From positions 96,001 to 160,000 of IMG/VR virus record IMGVR_UViG_3300035502_001274: DNA of 64,000 nucleotides; one strand, 5' to 3'. Source of the stretch: a virus. Lineage: Duplodnaviria; Caudoviricetes. Positions 49,781 through 59,801 of this stretch are shown one piece after another. A model generated the notes under the pieces. The model made no database searches. It was not told where the DNA came from and worked only from the letters and a program-made list of their open reading frames with translations. The position numbers and the translations under genes are program-made. The first letter of the stretch is position 1; every line of letters begins with the position of its first letter.

Positions 49781-50197
49781 TCATCCTTTCTTCGAGGCAT
49801 TGGAGGACGATGTAGAATTGTCAATGGTATTGGTGATGCGTAGATTATCCAAATTCTCATGGAGTACTTCCACTTCTAGCTTCATATCATGCGTCTTGTA
49901 AGCATGAGCGAAGCTGCAGTTATCGGGCCGAGTTGCCACGATATAGTTGCGCTCCTTGATGGACTTCTGCACGACAGGTTTGCAGCTCTTCTCGTTCGCA
50001 AACATCGCCGAACTGAGAACCACTGTCGTTTCTTTGGGATAATCCTTGGTGATGAGAGGCATGATCTTGGGAACGTAAAGTTTCCACTCCGAGGCTTCCG
50101 TGCTACTGGTGGTCTTTGCATCCTTCTCCAGGTTATAGGCAATCTCGGTGTCATTGAGTGACCATGACTTTAGATTACCGATGGATTGACCAGCCAT
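49781..50197 (-). CDS. putative baseplate/tail protein
   Basis: Co-oriented with the gp53-like gene; KLYVPKIMP OB-like motif. Confidence 0.45.
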   Translation of the reverse strand: MAGQSIGNLKSWSLNDTEIAYNLEKDAKTTSSTEASEWKLYVPKIMPLITKDYPKETTVVLSSAMFANEKSCKPVVQKSIKERNYIVATRPDNCSFAHAYKTHDMKLEVEVLHENLDNLRITNTIDNSTSSSNASKKG

Positions 50198-53100
50198 AAT
50201 TCAGCACCTCCACTTCATGTAACTCTTGTGTGGCAGAGTGATACTCCGTATGAATGATCTTGCCCTCTTCCAGCACACGACGTACGATGTCATCAACCTT
50301 CATCTGCTTGATAAAGTCAGGATTCATCATGCTGTTGGGAACCATGAAAGCGCCCACTTCGACATTGCGCTTGGCTCTCATCAGGTCTTGATCGGTTGTA
50401 TTGACGTCTTTCAGCATCCAGTACGTACAGGCAGATACCGCATCGTTGATATCCAGGACGTAGTAGAGGTTATTGCACTCATACTGCAGTCCAAACTCGG
50501 GATACAGGGCGCCATCTCTGAAGGGAATGAACACCATCGGATGGCATCCATTCACATAAGTATCGCCATTCAGACAAAGCATGACTGTGAAGGGCTCATA
50601 TTGTCGGGCTGCCTGCATGATGTACGCGGCTCTATCCCAGTCACGAGTATCGGCTCCATGACGGTCACACCTAGCACAAGCCAGCTGGATCGAGAGCTGG
50701 TAGATGTGATTCAGCTCGTCCATCTCTCTGACGTCCTCGATGAGCTCGTACTGATGCGAGTCGACGTTCATATTGAAGGACTCCAGAGCATCTTCTTCCG
50801 TGTAGATCTGGTTGAGTGTCCTCACGTTGGGGTCAAACTTGATCTTGGTGAGACTGCCCTGCTTGTAGATCCGAGTGAAGAAGTCATAGGCGTTCTCATC
50901 ATATCTGCCGTAGTAAGACTGGGCTCTAATGAGCTCAATTTTCGTAACGGGCTTATTCCCACGGAGTTGATTGACGATGAAACTCACAATCTCGTCCAGG
51001 GACTTGGCGGTATAGACACCAGCCACCTTCTTCATGAAGGATTCGGGATAGATATAGCGGTCGCCATCTTCCACGATGACAAATCCATGGCTGGTATTGA
51101 TCTCAGGTAGTCTTAACACGAAGGGCTCCGGCAGAATGGCGTGAGATCTCAGATAGAGATCTTCAAAGGCCATGTAGTCGAAGCAAATGCCGCCCTTGTA
51201 CTTGCCAAACTTACCAGGAGAGATGGAGGTGTAGTATTTGCTAACCTCTTCATCGGTGGGATTGACCGTGTACTTACCTTCCTTCACGATGCCATATCCG
51301 TAATCATTGAGACGCTTATTCATCTCAAGGATTGTATGATACAGCTCATCGACGGCAACACTCTCAGTGGCAGGTGCTGCTTCAGCGTCTTCACCAAATT
51401 CAGCAGCAGTGATGGCGGTATCAAACATCTTGCCAGACCACTCCAGAATCTTCTGCATACGGTCGGACAAATTCGCTTTCTTGCTCTTCATCTTGACCGT
51501 CCAGATATCCACTGCGTCAGTCTGGCCAATACGATGAATACGGTCAGATGCCTGCTCAAAGTCGGTACTGCGCCAAGGCGTTCCAAAGAAGAACATCTGA
51601 GATGCCTCTGTCAAAGTCACGCCAACGCCCATGCACCAGGAAGTTGCTACCAAGACCAGAACGTTGGGATCTTCTCTGAAACGAGTCAGCGTTTCCAGAC
51701 GGTTCTTGGTATCACCACTGATGGTAACAGCGCCAATGCCAAAATCGTTCAGGTCTTTGGAGATATATTTCACCACGGGAACCATCGTCGAGAAGATGAT
51801 GGTCTTTTTACCCCGATTACGGATCCGCTCGTAGATGTCCTGCTTATTCTCCTCATAGAGCTTGATGAACATCTCAGTTCTTCTCTTGGGGAGAATGGAG
51901 CCAGCTGCCTTACCCATATCCCGTTTAGCAGCCGTGATGAACTCGTTCTGCAGTTTCAGCAAGCTATCGGCAGTGGTTGCCGGGCAGTTCGAGTTGGGCC
52001 TGATGTAGGTATCAATGAACTCTTTATATTCCTGGATTGCGACCTCATGGAAGTCGTTGTTATCACCACCGCGCAGAGAATCTGCGCTGGTCGTGACCCA
52101 GGAGATATATCCATTGCACATCCGCTTATCGCAGAGTGCATATTGATGAATCAAGTTAGAGAATCCCTGGATCGCCGGCTGAGATGACTTCATCCACTGC
52201 GCATGACGCTGTTTGAAGTCGTCCACGATCTCTTGATGAACCACGTCGAGGTAGTATCTGTCTTCATTGGAGATTGCATACTCTAGCGTATCAGAGTGCT
52301 TGGGAGGCAGATCCACATTGACATCGGCCGGTCTGTAAATCACCATGCCAAATCTCTTGGATACCAGACTCATAGCCATGGTATTGGAGAGGTCGAAGCA
52401 ATGGGCATACATATTGGCTGCTTCATCGGTGAAGGTAGGATCGATGATGCGCAAGACCGGTGTAATCTCAGCGGGAGCCGCCTTGATGGGCGTAGCGGAG
52501 ACACACAGGACATTGCGAGAGCCAATCTTGTCACAAAGATCAAAAAGCTCTTTGGATCTTCCGCCATTGAAGTTGCGGAAGTTATGGCACTCATCCAGGA
52601 TAAAGACAGAGTCGGAATCTTTGCTGACGATTGGAAGCATTAGTTTGATATTCTCGTTATTGGTGATGATGAAACGAGCTGTATCAGGATTGCCATACTT
52701 GGTGCCCAGAATACAGACGTCCCTCATCCAGGTCGCCTCGTTATCATACTTGGCGTAATACTTCTTGATCTCCAGTGCCCAGTTATCCTTCAGGTTATTG
52801 GGGCACACGATGTAGACCTTACGGGCACTCAGACACTCTGCCAGGCCAATGGCCGTCAGAGTCTTACCTTTACCCGGCTTGAATGCCAGCACATAACCAT
52901 TGGTATTCAGCTGGTTCTTCAGCTGCGGCCACGCCTTGATGAACTTGACCTGATGCTCCATAAGCTCGATCCGCAGGTTCTTCAGAGGAGTAGTATCCAA
53001 TTCAGGCACAGTCACGGCATCGGCCTTGCTCAGCCAGGATGCATCATAGATCAGACCAGCAATGCGCTTATATGACGCATCATGGTAATGATCGCCCAGC

Positions 53101-54683
53101 TCGTTGAAGAGGTCAACCAGCTCCAGGCAGAAGAAGACAGGTGCATACACGTAATCGATCTTCATGTCACCCTTGCCAATCCGTTTCTTCTGGTAGAGCT
53201 TATAAGACCGATCGTTGTATTTATACTCGAAGATGTACTTGAGCTTGGCTTCGCTATACTTCTCCTTGATACGATAGAGGAGCAGATTGCAGTTGATGCC
53301 CTTGATGACGATATTGCCATTCTCCACAGTGACCTTGGTGAAGGTCTTGGCAACCTTATCACCGAAGATCTTGGTATTGAAGAGGCGGTCTCTCCACTTG
53401 CCATACTGGAGGGCAGCTCTACCGTCAATCTTATCGGTATCGATGTTATCCGAAAAATCAAAGAAGCCCTCCATGGCAGGAAGCTTCTCATTATCCAGGT
53501 TAAAGATGCTGAAACACTCTTCAGCAGATGCGGTCGTTGCGGGTTCAGCGTAAGGTCCCAATTTGTAAAAGAGCATCGGATTTACCCCAACGATCTCCGA
53601 CTCCTGATCGTCCTCATCATCGGAATTATCGTCTGACGGAGCAGGGTCTGGGTCATCATACACGTCCTCAATACGGAACGTGCCGTCTGCCTCTTCCTTG
53701 ATGTTATCCCGCTCGATGATCTCTTGCAGAATGGGAAAGAGTTCCGGATCTTTCAGGTCTTCAGCAGACTCGGTGGCCTTTACGGGCTTCCTTTTTACCA
53801 CAGATTTCTCGGAATACTTGTAAATGTATTGATCGAGAATCTTCAGGCAGTCATCAGGGATATAGTCCCGATACAGAGAGGTCAGTAAGGACCGAGAGAT
53901 ATACTTGATGGGCCGTTTCTCGCCGGTCTGATGCTGCTCTGCAATGTCGGAGAAGATCTGAAAGAAGACATAGTAGTCCTGCTCGTAGATCTTGCAGAAG
54001 TTCACCGCAGGATTGCGAATCATGGCGATGTCTTTGCAGGCATCTTTCACGACGTCAATCATCAGATTGGCAGCCCGCTGGTTATTGGAGGCCTTCAGCT
54101 CAACCTCCAGATTACAGGACGGAATCCAGAAGTCCGGTACGTATGAATGAATGCCTTCATGCTCCTTATCGTTCTCATTGGTATAGTAGTATTCGTAACG
54201 ATTGGGAGAGGGAGACATGATATCAGCGCTGGGAAATCTGAAGAACTGATCGAGCATTACCAAGAATGCTTTCTCCAGAGCGCCCATAAACTGGACTTTG
54301 CCACCATCCTGGAACGTATATTCTCCAGAGATGCGTCTGCCAGTCAGCATCCGCTCTCTGTATTTAGGATCCTCCAACAGATTGGCCTTTCCGTAACGAG
54401 CACGCATTGCCGCCATAAACCGATTACGGAATTTATCGGCGCATTCTTTGGATCCACACATCTTGGAATATGCACCGGTGGTTTCATTCCAAGGTGTTTC
54501 TCCGCCGCATTCTCTGCACCTTCCTCTGGATTTGCCAGTATGCACAAAGTAGGCATAGCGAAGATCGGACCAGTCTTCGGGGATGGTCCCAGGGTGTTCT
54601 TTTCTCATATGGTTTCCAAAAGTGCCCACCTCTTTATAGGTTTTGCCACAGATGGGGCACTTCAATGAAGGGAACTTCTTCAA
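50175..54683 (-). CDS. multidomain protein: C2H2 ZnF + PD-(D/E)xK nuclease + SNF2 helicase + two transglutaminase-like domains
   Basis: CPICGK..H...H; YVPDF...LEVELK; PGKGKT, LDECH, SATP, QASDRIHRIGQ; GGICFDY...H...YPE. TTG start behind aaaggagg. Confidence 0.8.
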   Translation of the reverse strand: MKKFPSLKCPICGKTYKEVGTFGNHMRKEHPGTIPEDWSDLRYAYFVHTGKSRGRCRECGGETPWNETTGAYSKMCGSKECADKFRNRFMAAMRARYGKANLLEDPKYRERMLTGRRISGEYTFQDGGKVQFMGALEKAFLVMLDQFFRFPSADIMSPSPNRYEYYYTNENDKEHEGIHSYVPDFWIPSCNLEVELKASNNQRAANLMIDVVKDACKDIAMIRNPAVNFCKIYEQDYYVFFQIFSDIAEQHQTGEKRPIKYISRSLLTSLYRDYIPDDCLKILDQYIYKYSEKSVVKRKPVKATESAEDLKDPELFPILQEIIERDNIKEEADGTFRIEDVYDDPDPAPSDDNSDDEDDQESEIVGVNPMLFYKLGPYAEPATTASAEECFSIFNLDNEKLPAMEGFFDFSDNIDTDKIDGRAALQYGKWRDRLFNTKIFGDKVAKTFTKVTVENGNIVIKGINCNLLLYRIKEKYSEAKLKYIFEYKYNDRSYKLYQKKRIGKGDMKIDYVYAPVFFCLELVDLFNELGDHYHDASYKRIAGLIYDASWLSKADAVTVPELDTTPLKNLRIELMEHQVKFIKAWPQLKNQLNTNGYVLAFKPGKGKTLTAIGLAECLSARKVYIVCPNNLKDNWALEIKKYYAKYDNEATWMRDVCILGTKYGNPDTARFIITNNENIKLMLPIVSKDSDSVFILDECHNFRNFNGGRSKELFDLCDKIGSRNVLCVSATPIKAAPAEITPVLRIIDPTFTDEAANMYAHCFDLSNTMAMSLVSKRFGMVIYRPADVNVDLPPKHSDTLEYAISNEDRYYLDVVHQEIVDDFKQRHAQWMKSSQPAIQGFSNLIHQYALCDKRMCNGYISWVTTSADSLRGGDNNDFHEVAIQEYKEFIDTYIRPNSNCPATTADSLLKLQNEFITAAKRDMGKAAGSILPKRRTEMFIKLYEENKQDIYERIRNRGKKTIIFSTMVPVVKYISKDLNDFGIGAVTISGDTKNRLETLTRFREDPNVLVLVATSWCMGVGVTLTEASQMFFFGTPWRSTDFEQASDRIHRIGQTDAVDIWTVKMKSKKANLSDRMQKILEWSGKMFDTAITAAEFGEDAEAAPATESVAVDELYHTILEMNKRLNDYGYGIVKEGKYTVNPTDEEVSKYYTSISPGKFGKYKGGICFDYMAFEDLYLRSHAILPEPFVLRLPEINTSHGFVIVEDGDRYIYPESFMKKVAGVYTAKSLDEIVSFIVNQLRGNKPVTKIELIRAQSYYGRYDENAYDFFTRIYKQGSLTKIKFDPNVRTLNQIYTEEDALESFNMNVDSHQYELIEDVREMDELNHIYQLSIQLACARCDRHGADTRDWDRAAYIMQAARQYEPFTVMLCLNGDTYVNGCHPMVFIPFRDGALYPEFGLQYECNNLYYVLDINDAVSACTYWMLKDVNTTDQDLMRAKRNVEVGAFMVPNSMMNPDFIKQMKVDDIVRRVLEEGKIIHTEYHSATQELHEVEVLNYGWSIHR

Positions 54684-54799
54684 CGGAAGCCCTCCTTTCA
54701 ATGAAAGATTATGTTGTTTTAGATTATGGAAAGGTTCGGGGCCTAAAAGCAGTGGTATGGCGAACATACGTCGTTCTACCATACCACTGCTCACGCACA

Positions 54800-55117
54800 T
54801 CATTTTCCGGATCCGTAAACATCAACGACTCCACAACGGTGAGGAGGATACACGCAATAGCATATACGAACTTCTGATGTTGGACCTACAGCGACCCAGT
54901 CGATCGTCCCCGAGGTAAGCATCAGGCCTCCGTTGTAAAATGCCTCTAAGGTGGCACCGCCTGCCGATCGGGTCTTGATCGATACATTAGCGCCATTCTT
55001 ATTGCTGCCAACCACCGTTGCCGTTACTGAGGGCGTTCCAGAAAAAGGGCCAAATGTGATCTTGGCGGTATTGCTACCGTTCAAGGTGATCTTTCCATAA
55101 CAGACCCTTGTAGCCAT
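54800..55117 (-). CDS. small tail-fibre C-terminal-type (H-lectin-like) domain protein
   Basis: ITF.PFS.TP.V.AT...IDWVAVG motif. Confidence 0.6.
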   Translation of the reverse strand: MATRVCYGKITLNGSNTAKITFGPFSGTPSVTATVVGSNKNGANVSIKTRSAGGATLEAFYNGGLMLTSGTIDWVAVGPTSEVRICYCVYPPHRCGVVDVYGSGK

Positions 55118-55128
55118 ACAAAATCACC

Positions 55129-56049
55129 TCACTTTTCAAAGAGCTTGGTAACCAAGACCCTTCTATTGAGGATGTATTCTGTGGCCAATCTGTACACGAA
55201 GTAGATCATGTTCACATATAGTGCCAACATTCTGTTGAGATTCCTCTGATATTTTAAGATCGTTGCTTTATCCTGATCAGAGAAGTTATTGCTTCGCATC
55301 AGATTCTGCGCACTGCTCTGAACGGATTTGGCCAATCTTTCAGCCGAATTGATATTCTGGCTATAGGAGGTCTTCGTTTTCGTAAAGCTGCGAATCTCGT
55401 TGACGTATTGATTGACCATGTCTCCTCTATAAGTCTTCTGGCTCTTCTTGCCTCTAAATTGAGTCCTCAAGTGACCCATAAACTCATGAGGAGTTTCAAT
55501 GCTGGAAGGAGCACCCATCGCAGAGATCAATGCTTTATCTAATGCTTTGCCGCTTTGGGTGATAAGTGCATCACTGGGGATATTCTGCCAGTTATTCAGA
55601 TAACCAGCATTGCGGGTAATGACTGCTCTCAGCTGGGTCAGTTTATTGATCAGATATTGGTCGGCATTGTGGCCGTAACTCCAGTTGATCAATGTCACCT
55701 GATCGAGCTGTTTGTATTGATTCTGGTAGTTCCCAAACTCCTCCAGGAACTTTTCATTGCTAGTCCAGGTGTTATTGAGCACCTTCAGGGTAGAAGCATG
55801 ACGATTCTGAATCATCTTCAGGATCTTCTCCCCTTCATTGGTGGCTTTCTCAACGTTATCCTGGGTTTCATTAACGGCGCTCGTAGTCATTGTATTATTG
55901 GCCTGGTCTGTCTTCTCCGACTGCGCTGCTGACTGCGTCATAGAGACTTCCATCGCACGTTCAACCGGATCGTCAAACTGATTCAGGTCATAATCTTGCG
56001 CCTCTAAGGCTTCACGGAAGCTAAGTCCGTAATTCATAAGGCTTTTCAC
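55129..56049 (-). CDS. virion head protein (protease-processed)
   Basis: ALEA and AME sites near the N-terminus; late motif at 56063. Confidence 0.55.
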   Translation of the reverse strand: MKSLMNYGLSFREALEAQDYDLNQFDDPVERAMEVSMTQSAAQSEKTDQANNTMTTSAVNETQDNVEKATNEGEKILKMIQNRHASTLKVLNNTWTSNEKFLEEFGNYQNQYKQLDQVTLINWSYGHNADQYLINKLTQLRAVITRNAGYLNNWQNIPSDALITQSGKALDKALISAMGAPSSIETPHEFMGHLRTQFRGKKSQKTYRGDMVNQYVNEIRSFTKTKTSYSQNINSAERLAKSVQSSAQNLMRSNNFSDQDKATILKYQRNLNRMLALYVNMIYFVYRLATEYILNRRVLVTKLFEK

Positions 56050-56201
56050 CGCCTTTCAAGGTTACAGGGATGTTAAAATGACCCAATTTTCACAGAGATA
56101 TCATTCTTGTGAGATGTGAGAGGGTAAACTAACCGTTAACTGCTTTCACATTGCACCTCGATATCACTCGAGGTATCAAACGTAAAGTGAGGTATAAATC
56201 A

Positions 56202-57380
56202 ATGAGCGAAGAACACATCAACGCGGCATTGTCTGCCACTGGACTCAAAGTGTCCGTCATTGGCATTGGCAATGCAGGTGGCCAGGTAGCGTTGGCCGCC
56301 GCCAAGAAGAGCATCCCGGTATTCGTCATGAATACCAGCGTCAAAGACCTTGACGACAAGGTCCTCTCTGGTCCCATCAAGTGCTACCAGATTGGTGATG
56401 GTCGTGGATCCGGGAAGAACCGCGACAATGCCATGGAGCTGCTGAAGACCAACGGGAATTCCAGCATCAAGGATATCTTTGTAAACCCGTACTTCAAGCA
56501 GACGGTGGAGCCTGCTGACATCGTCTTCGTGACGTTCAGCACCGCTGGCGGCACTGGGTCTGGTATTGGGCCTACCATGGCTCGTATGATTCACCAGGCC
56601 TACAAGAATAAGGTGGTCATTCCCTACGGTATTCTGCCCAAGAATGTGGAGAGCGTCATGGGCCAGTCCAACACCATCGCCTGTGTGGATGACATGACCG
56701 CCTGTGGCACGCCCTATATGCTCTCTGACCTGTCCTTCTATGAGAACGAGTCCCAGGAGGTCTCCTTCAAGAAGATTGGCGAGTATATGGCAGAAACCAT
56801 GTGTGTCATTCGGGGTGATTACCTGAAGATGTCTGCCAGCGGCATGGCCGATGAGCGTGACATGCTCACGATCATCTCTGAACCGGGCTATATGACGGTC
56901 CACATGAAGGATGGCATCACCGAGCAGATGCTCTCTGGGAAGACCTTGCAGGGCTATCTGGTGGACGAAGTGAAGTCATCTCCCGCCTGCCGCATTCAGC
57001 GCGATGGCCTGCTCCAGTACAGCCTGCTGATCAGCAACGTCAATTCATCTGTCTCCGATCCCATGAAGATTGGTGACTATCAGGAGTTGTACGACTTCAT
57101 TGGCGAGCCTAAGGCTACCTACGCCAACTACGCTGTGGACGATAGCCAGACCGAGTTCCAGGTCATCTCCATCACATCCGGGCTTACCATCCCCATGGAT
57201 CGGTTCACCACTGCCCGGGCCAAGATCAAGCAGCATAAGGACAAGTTCGAGAGCAAGAGTGCCCTCAATCTGAGCGACGATCGTGAGAAGTTCGGCGTCA
57301 AAGGCAATGACGACACCAAGAACATCATCATGGGCTCTCAGAAGAAGTCCGAAGCGGATCTGAGCTTCCTGGATGACTGA
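56202..57380 (+). CDS. tubulin/FtsZ-family GTPase (PhuZ/TubZ-like)
   Basis: GIGNAGG, DGRGSGKNR and STAGGTGSG tubulin signature; early motif at 56098. Confidence 0.9.
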   Translation: MSEEHINAALSATGLKVSVIGIGNAGGQVALAAAKKSIPVFVMNTSVKDLDDKVLSGPIKCYQIGDGRGSGKNRDNAMELLKTNGNSSIKDIFVNPYFKQTVEPADIVFVTFSTAGGTGSGIGPTMARMIHQAYKNKVVIPYGILPKNVESVMGQSNTIACVDDMTACGTPYMLSDLSFYENESQEVSFKKIGEYMAETMCVIRGDYLKMSASGMADERDMLTIISEPGYMTVHMKDGITEQMLSGKTLQGYLVDEVKSSPACRIQRDGLLQYSLLISNVNSSVSDPMKIGDYQELYDFIGEPKATYANYAVDDSQTEFQVISITSGLTIPMDRFTTARAKIKQHKDKFESKSALNLSDDREKFGVKGNDDTKNIIMGSQKKSEADLSFLDD

Positions 57381-57525
57381 TTCCAGGACCAGATATCATT
57401 TTCATAGCAATATCCCACTCTGGAAGAAAAGTTACATGCGCCCTAACTGGCTTGTAACTGGTCGGACAGAGTGGGCTTTTGTCCCCCCCCCTTATGTAAC
57501 GATTAGAAAGGAAGTGTAACGTACT

Positions 57526-57747
57526 ATGTTGAACTTTGGCAAGGTGGGTGCTAAGAATCTGGCACGCATCAGCGAGCTGTGGGATCTCGCAAAAGACAAT
57601 CCCACTCTGCGGGCTCTTTTCAAGAAGCTCGACGGCACCAATGCAAAAGAAGCATACATTATCCTGAAGAATATGGATGATAATGAGCTCCGTTTGCTGG
57701 CCGCCTTGATTGGCCAAGCCAATAGTAAATTTGAGAGGAAGGGCTAA
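57526..57747 (+). CDS. small hypothetical protein
   Basis: gaaaggaa RBS, early motif at 57393. Confidence 0.65.
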   Translation: MLNFGKVGAKNLARISELWDLAKDNPTLRALFKKLDGTNAKEAYIILKNMDDNELRLLAALIGQANSKFERKG

Positions 57748-57748
57748 T

Positions 57749-58798
57749 ATGCGAAACGACATGAAAACTCTGTCCAAGGCATGCAACCTGCTGGATGGAG
57801 GAAACGGGTGGTCTGGAGACCGGTATCGTAAGAAACTGGTCGAAACGATCGCCGATGAAGACTTCCTGGCGGCAGTCTTCAAACCCGTAGCCGGCGAAGG
57901 CTACACCAAAGCCGATATTTCGGCAAAGCTGACCCAGCTGTATGACAGCGCCACCAAGAGAAGCTCCATTCGCTTCATTGCCGAGGCTATCGACGATTAT
58001 GGCTATGGCAATATGAATCGGGCATCGGCGGCATTTCTGGCAACGCTGGTCAATCTGGGCATGGCTACCATCGACACGAAAGCCATGGACCTCGGCAGAG
58101 CCAGAGATCACGATGAGATCTCCAGCCGGGAGTTCGACCGGAACATGGAGAAGCTGAACGAGTATCAGGAGAATCTGCAGCAGCTCCTCAAGTATGCCAA
58201 GCGCATCATCAAGGGTAAGGCAAAGTCCCTGGCTTCCAAGACTGGACTGCCCAAGGACGTGTGCAGCTCTGCGTTGTTCACGGTGCCTGGCTATGAGTAT
58301 GTGGACCAGTATAAGCTGGGCTTCTATCTGAAGACCGTACTGGGCAATCTCTATGGGTTCGTGAACTACAACCCGGAAGAGTTCGAGTATGAATTTGAGG
58401 ACGTCGACTGGAAGACGTTCTTCGGCGTGGTCTTCGGCAAGGAACGGATTCCCGATATCGCATCCCTGATTCTGCTGGAAGGCGTGGAGTCCATCAACAA
58501 GTACAAGAACCAGCGGGATGTGAGAGCGTGCTGGGATGCGCTGACGACGTTCGCGCTCAAGTCCCTGAACCAGGCTCCGGAGAGCATCCGCGATCAGATG
58601 CTGGAGCTGTATCTGAAGCGTCTCAATAAGATGCTGGCAGATCACAACATTGACCTGCGTATCGATCTGCGCATGGTTGATGATTTTCGCTTCGAGAATC
58701 TGGCCAACACGGTCTCGAAGTATAAGGCCAAGATCGATGCGGTGATGGGCAAAGCCAGAACGCTGGCCAATGCCCGTCCTGAAACTTCTCCGGTGTAA
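57749..58798 (+). CDS. hypothetical protein
   Basis: ~350-aa helical ORF. Confidence 0.75.
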   Translation: MRNDMKTLSKACNLLDGGNGWSGDRYRKKLVETIADEDFLAAVFKPVAGEGYTKADISAKLTQLYDSATKRSSIRFIAEAIDDYGYGNMNRASAAFLATLVNLGMATIDTKAMDLGRARDHDEISSREFDRNMEKLNEYQENLQQLLKYAKRIIKGKAKSLASKTGLPKDVCSSALFTVPGYEYVDQYKLGFYLKTVLGNLYGFVNYNPEEFEYEFEDVDWKTFFGVVFGKERIPDIASLILLEGVESINKYKNQRDVRACWDALTTFALKSLNQAPESIRDQMLELYLKRLNKMLADHNIDLRIDLRMVDDFRFENLANTVSKYKAKIDAVMGKARTLANARPETSPV

Positions 58799-58847
58799 AG
58801 CCACCGGAGAAGTTAACTCTTAAATATCAGAAAGGAATTGAATAATC

Positions 58848-59786
58848 ATGGCTAAGAAGAAAACGGAAGATACGATGGACGATATCATCACCAAGGCAAC
58901 CACCAAGACCAGCATCAAGGGTGACGATACCCTGCACCGCGAGGCCATCTTCGGCGAGACTCCCGAAGAGAAGGCCGCTCGCAAGGCTGCCAAGAAAGAG
59001 AAGAAAGAGCGCAAGGCCGCTGCCAAGGCTGCCGAGAAGCAGGCTGAGATGGGCGACACCGAAGGCTGTGCTCATCATGAGCACGGCGAGGGCGGTTGTC
59101 CCTCTACCATGAACCGGCTGTTGTTGGATACGCTGCAGGACAGCGTGGTGAACATCAATGCCAAGCTGGACGCCATTCAGGATATGATCCAGTGCATGGT
59201 CAGCAAGACCCAGGCCGAAGAGGTGCACCGTGACATCATCCAGCACATCAACAACGCCACCGTGAACCTCTCCGATGTCATCGAGGATATCACTATGGAT
59301 AACATCCCCGGCACCACTATGCTGGCGTCGTCTGATGGAACTCCTGATTTCAACAACTGCAGCATCGGTACTCTCGTGATTAAGCCCGGCAAGAAGAGCG
59401 TCATCAAGGGTGCCGAGCAGACTATCTTGCATGGCGATGCTGATGACGACTTCGACGATGATGATGACGATGAGTACGACGGCTGGCCCTATGACGATGA
59501 GGGCGAGGACGAAGATCCGTTCACATGCGGCGCATCTAGCGACAGCGCGATCGACATCGATATGCCGAAGCCCTGCCCGCCCAGCGAACTGTGCCACGAT
59601 CTGGCCTTTGAATATCTGCGGGACATCTTCCCGAATATTGCTCCCGACGGCATTGCGGTGAAGTATAACGCCGCATATATCTCCAACACGCTGCATATGC
59701 TCAGATGGACCGACCATGATCTTGAGCGGGCCATCCAGTTCATCCAGGACAATCCGGAGGATGCACCGGAGAAATCCGAGGAATAA
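58848..59786 (+). CDS. hypothetical protein with basic and highly acidic tracts
   Basis: KAARKAAKKEKK and DDDFDDDDDDEY segments. Confidence 0.75.
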   Translation: MAKKKTEDTMDDIITKATTKTSIKGDDTLHREAIFGETPEEKAARKAAKKEKKERKAAAKAAEKQAEMGDTEGCAHHEHGEGGCPSTMNRLLLDTLQDSVVNINAKLDAIQDMIQCMVSKTQAEEVHRDIIQHINNATVNLSDVIEDITMDNIPGTTMLASSDGTPDFNNCSIGTLVIKPGKKSVIKGAEQTILHGDADDDFDDDDDDEYDGWPYDDEGEDEDPFTCGASSDSAIDIDMPKPCPPSELCHDLAFEYLRDIFPNIAPDGIAVKYNAAYISNTLHMLRWTDHDLERAIQFIQDNPEDAPEKSEE

Positions 59787-59801
59787 GGAGGTGACTATGG
59801 A

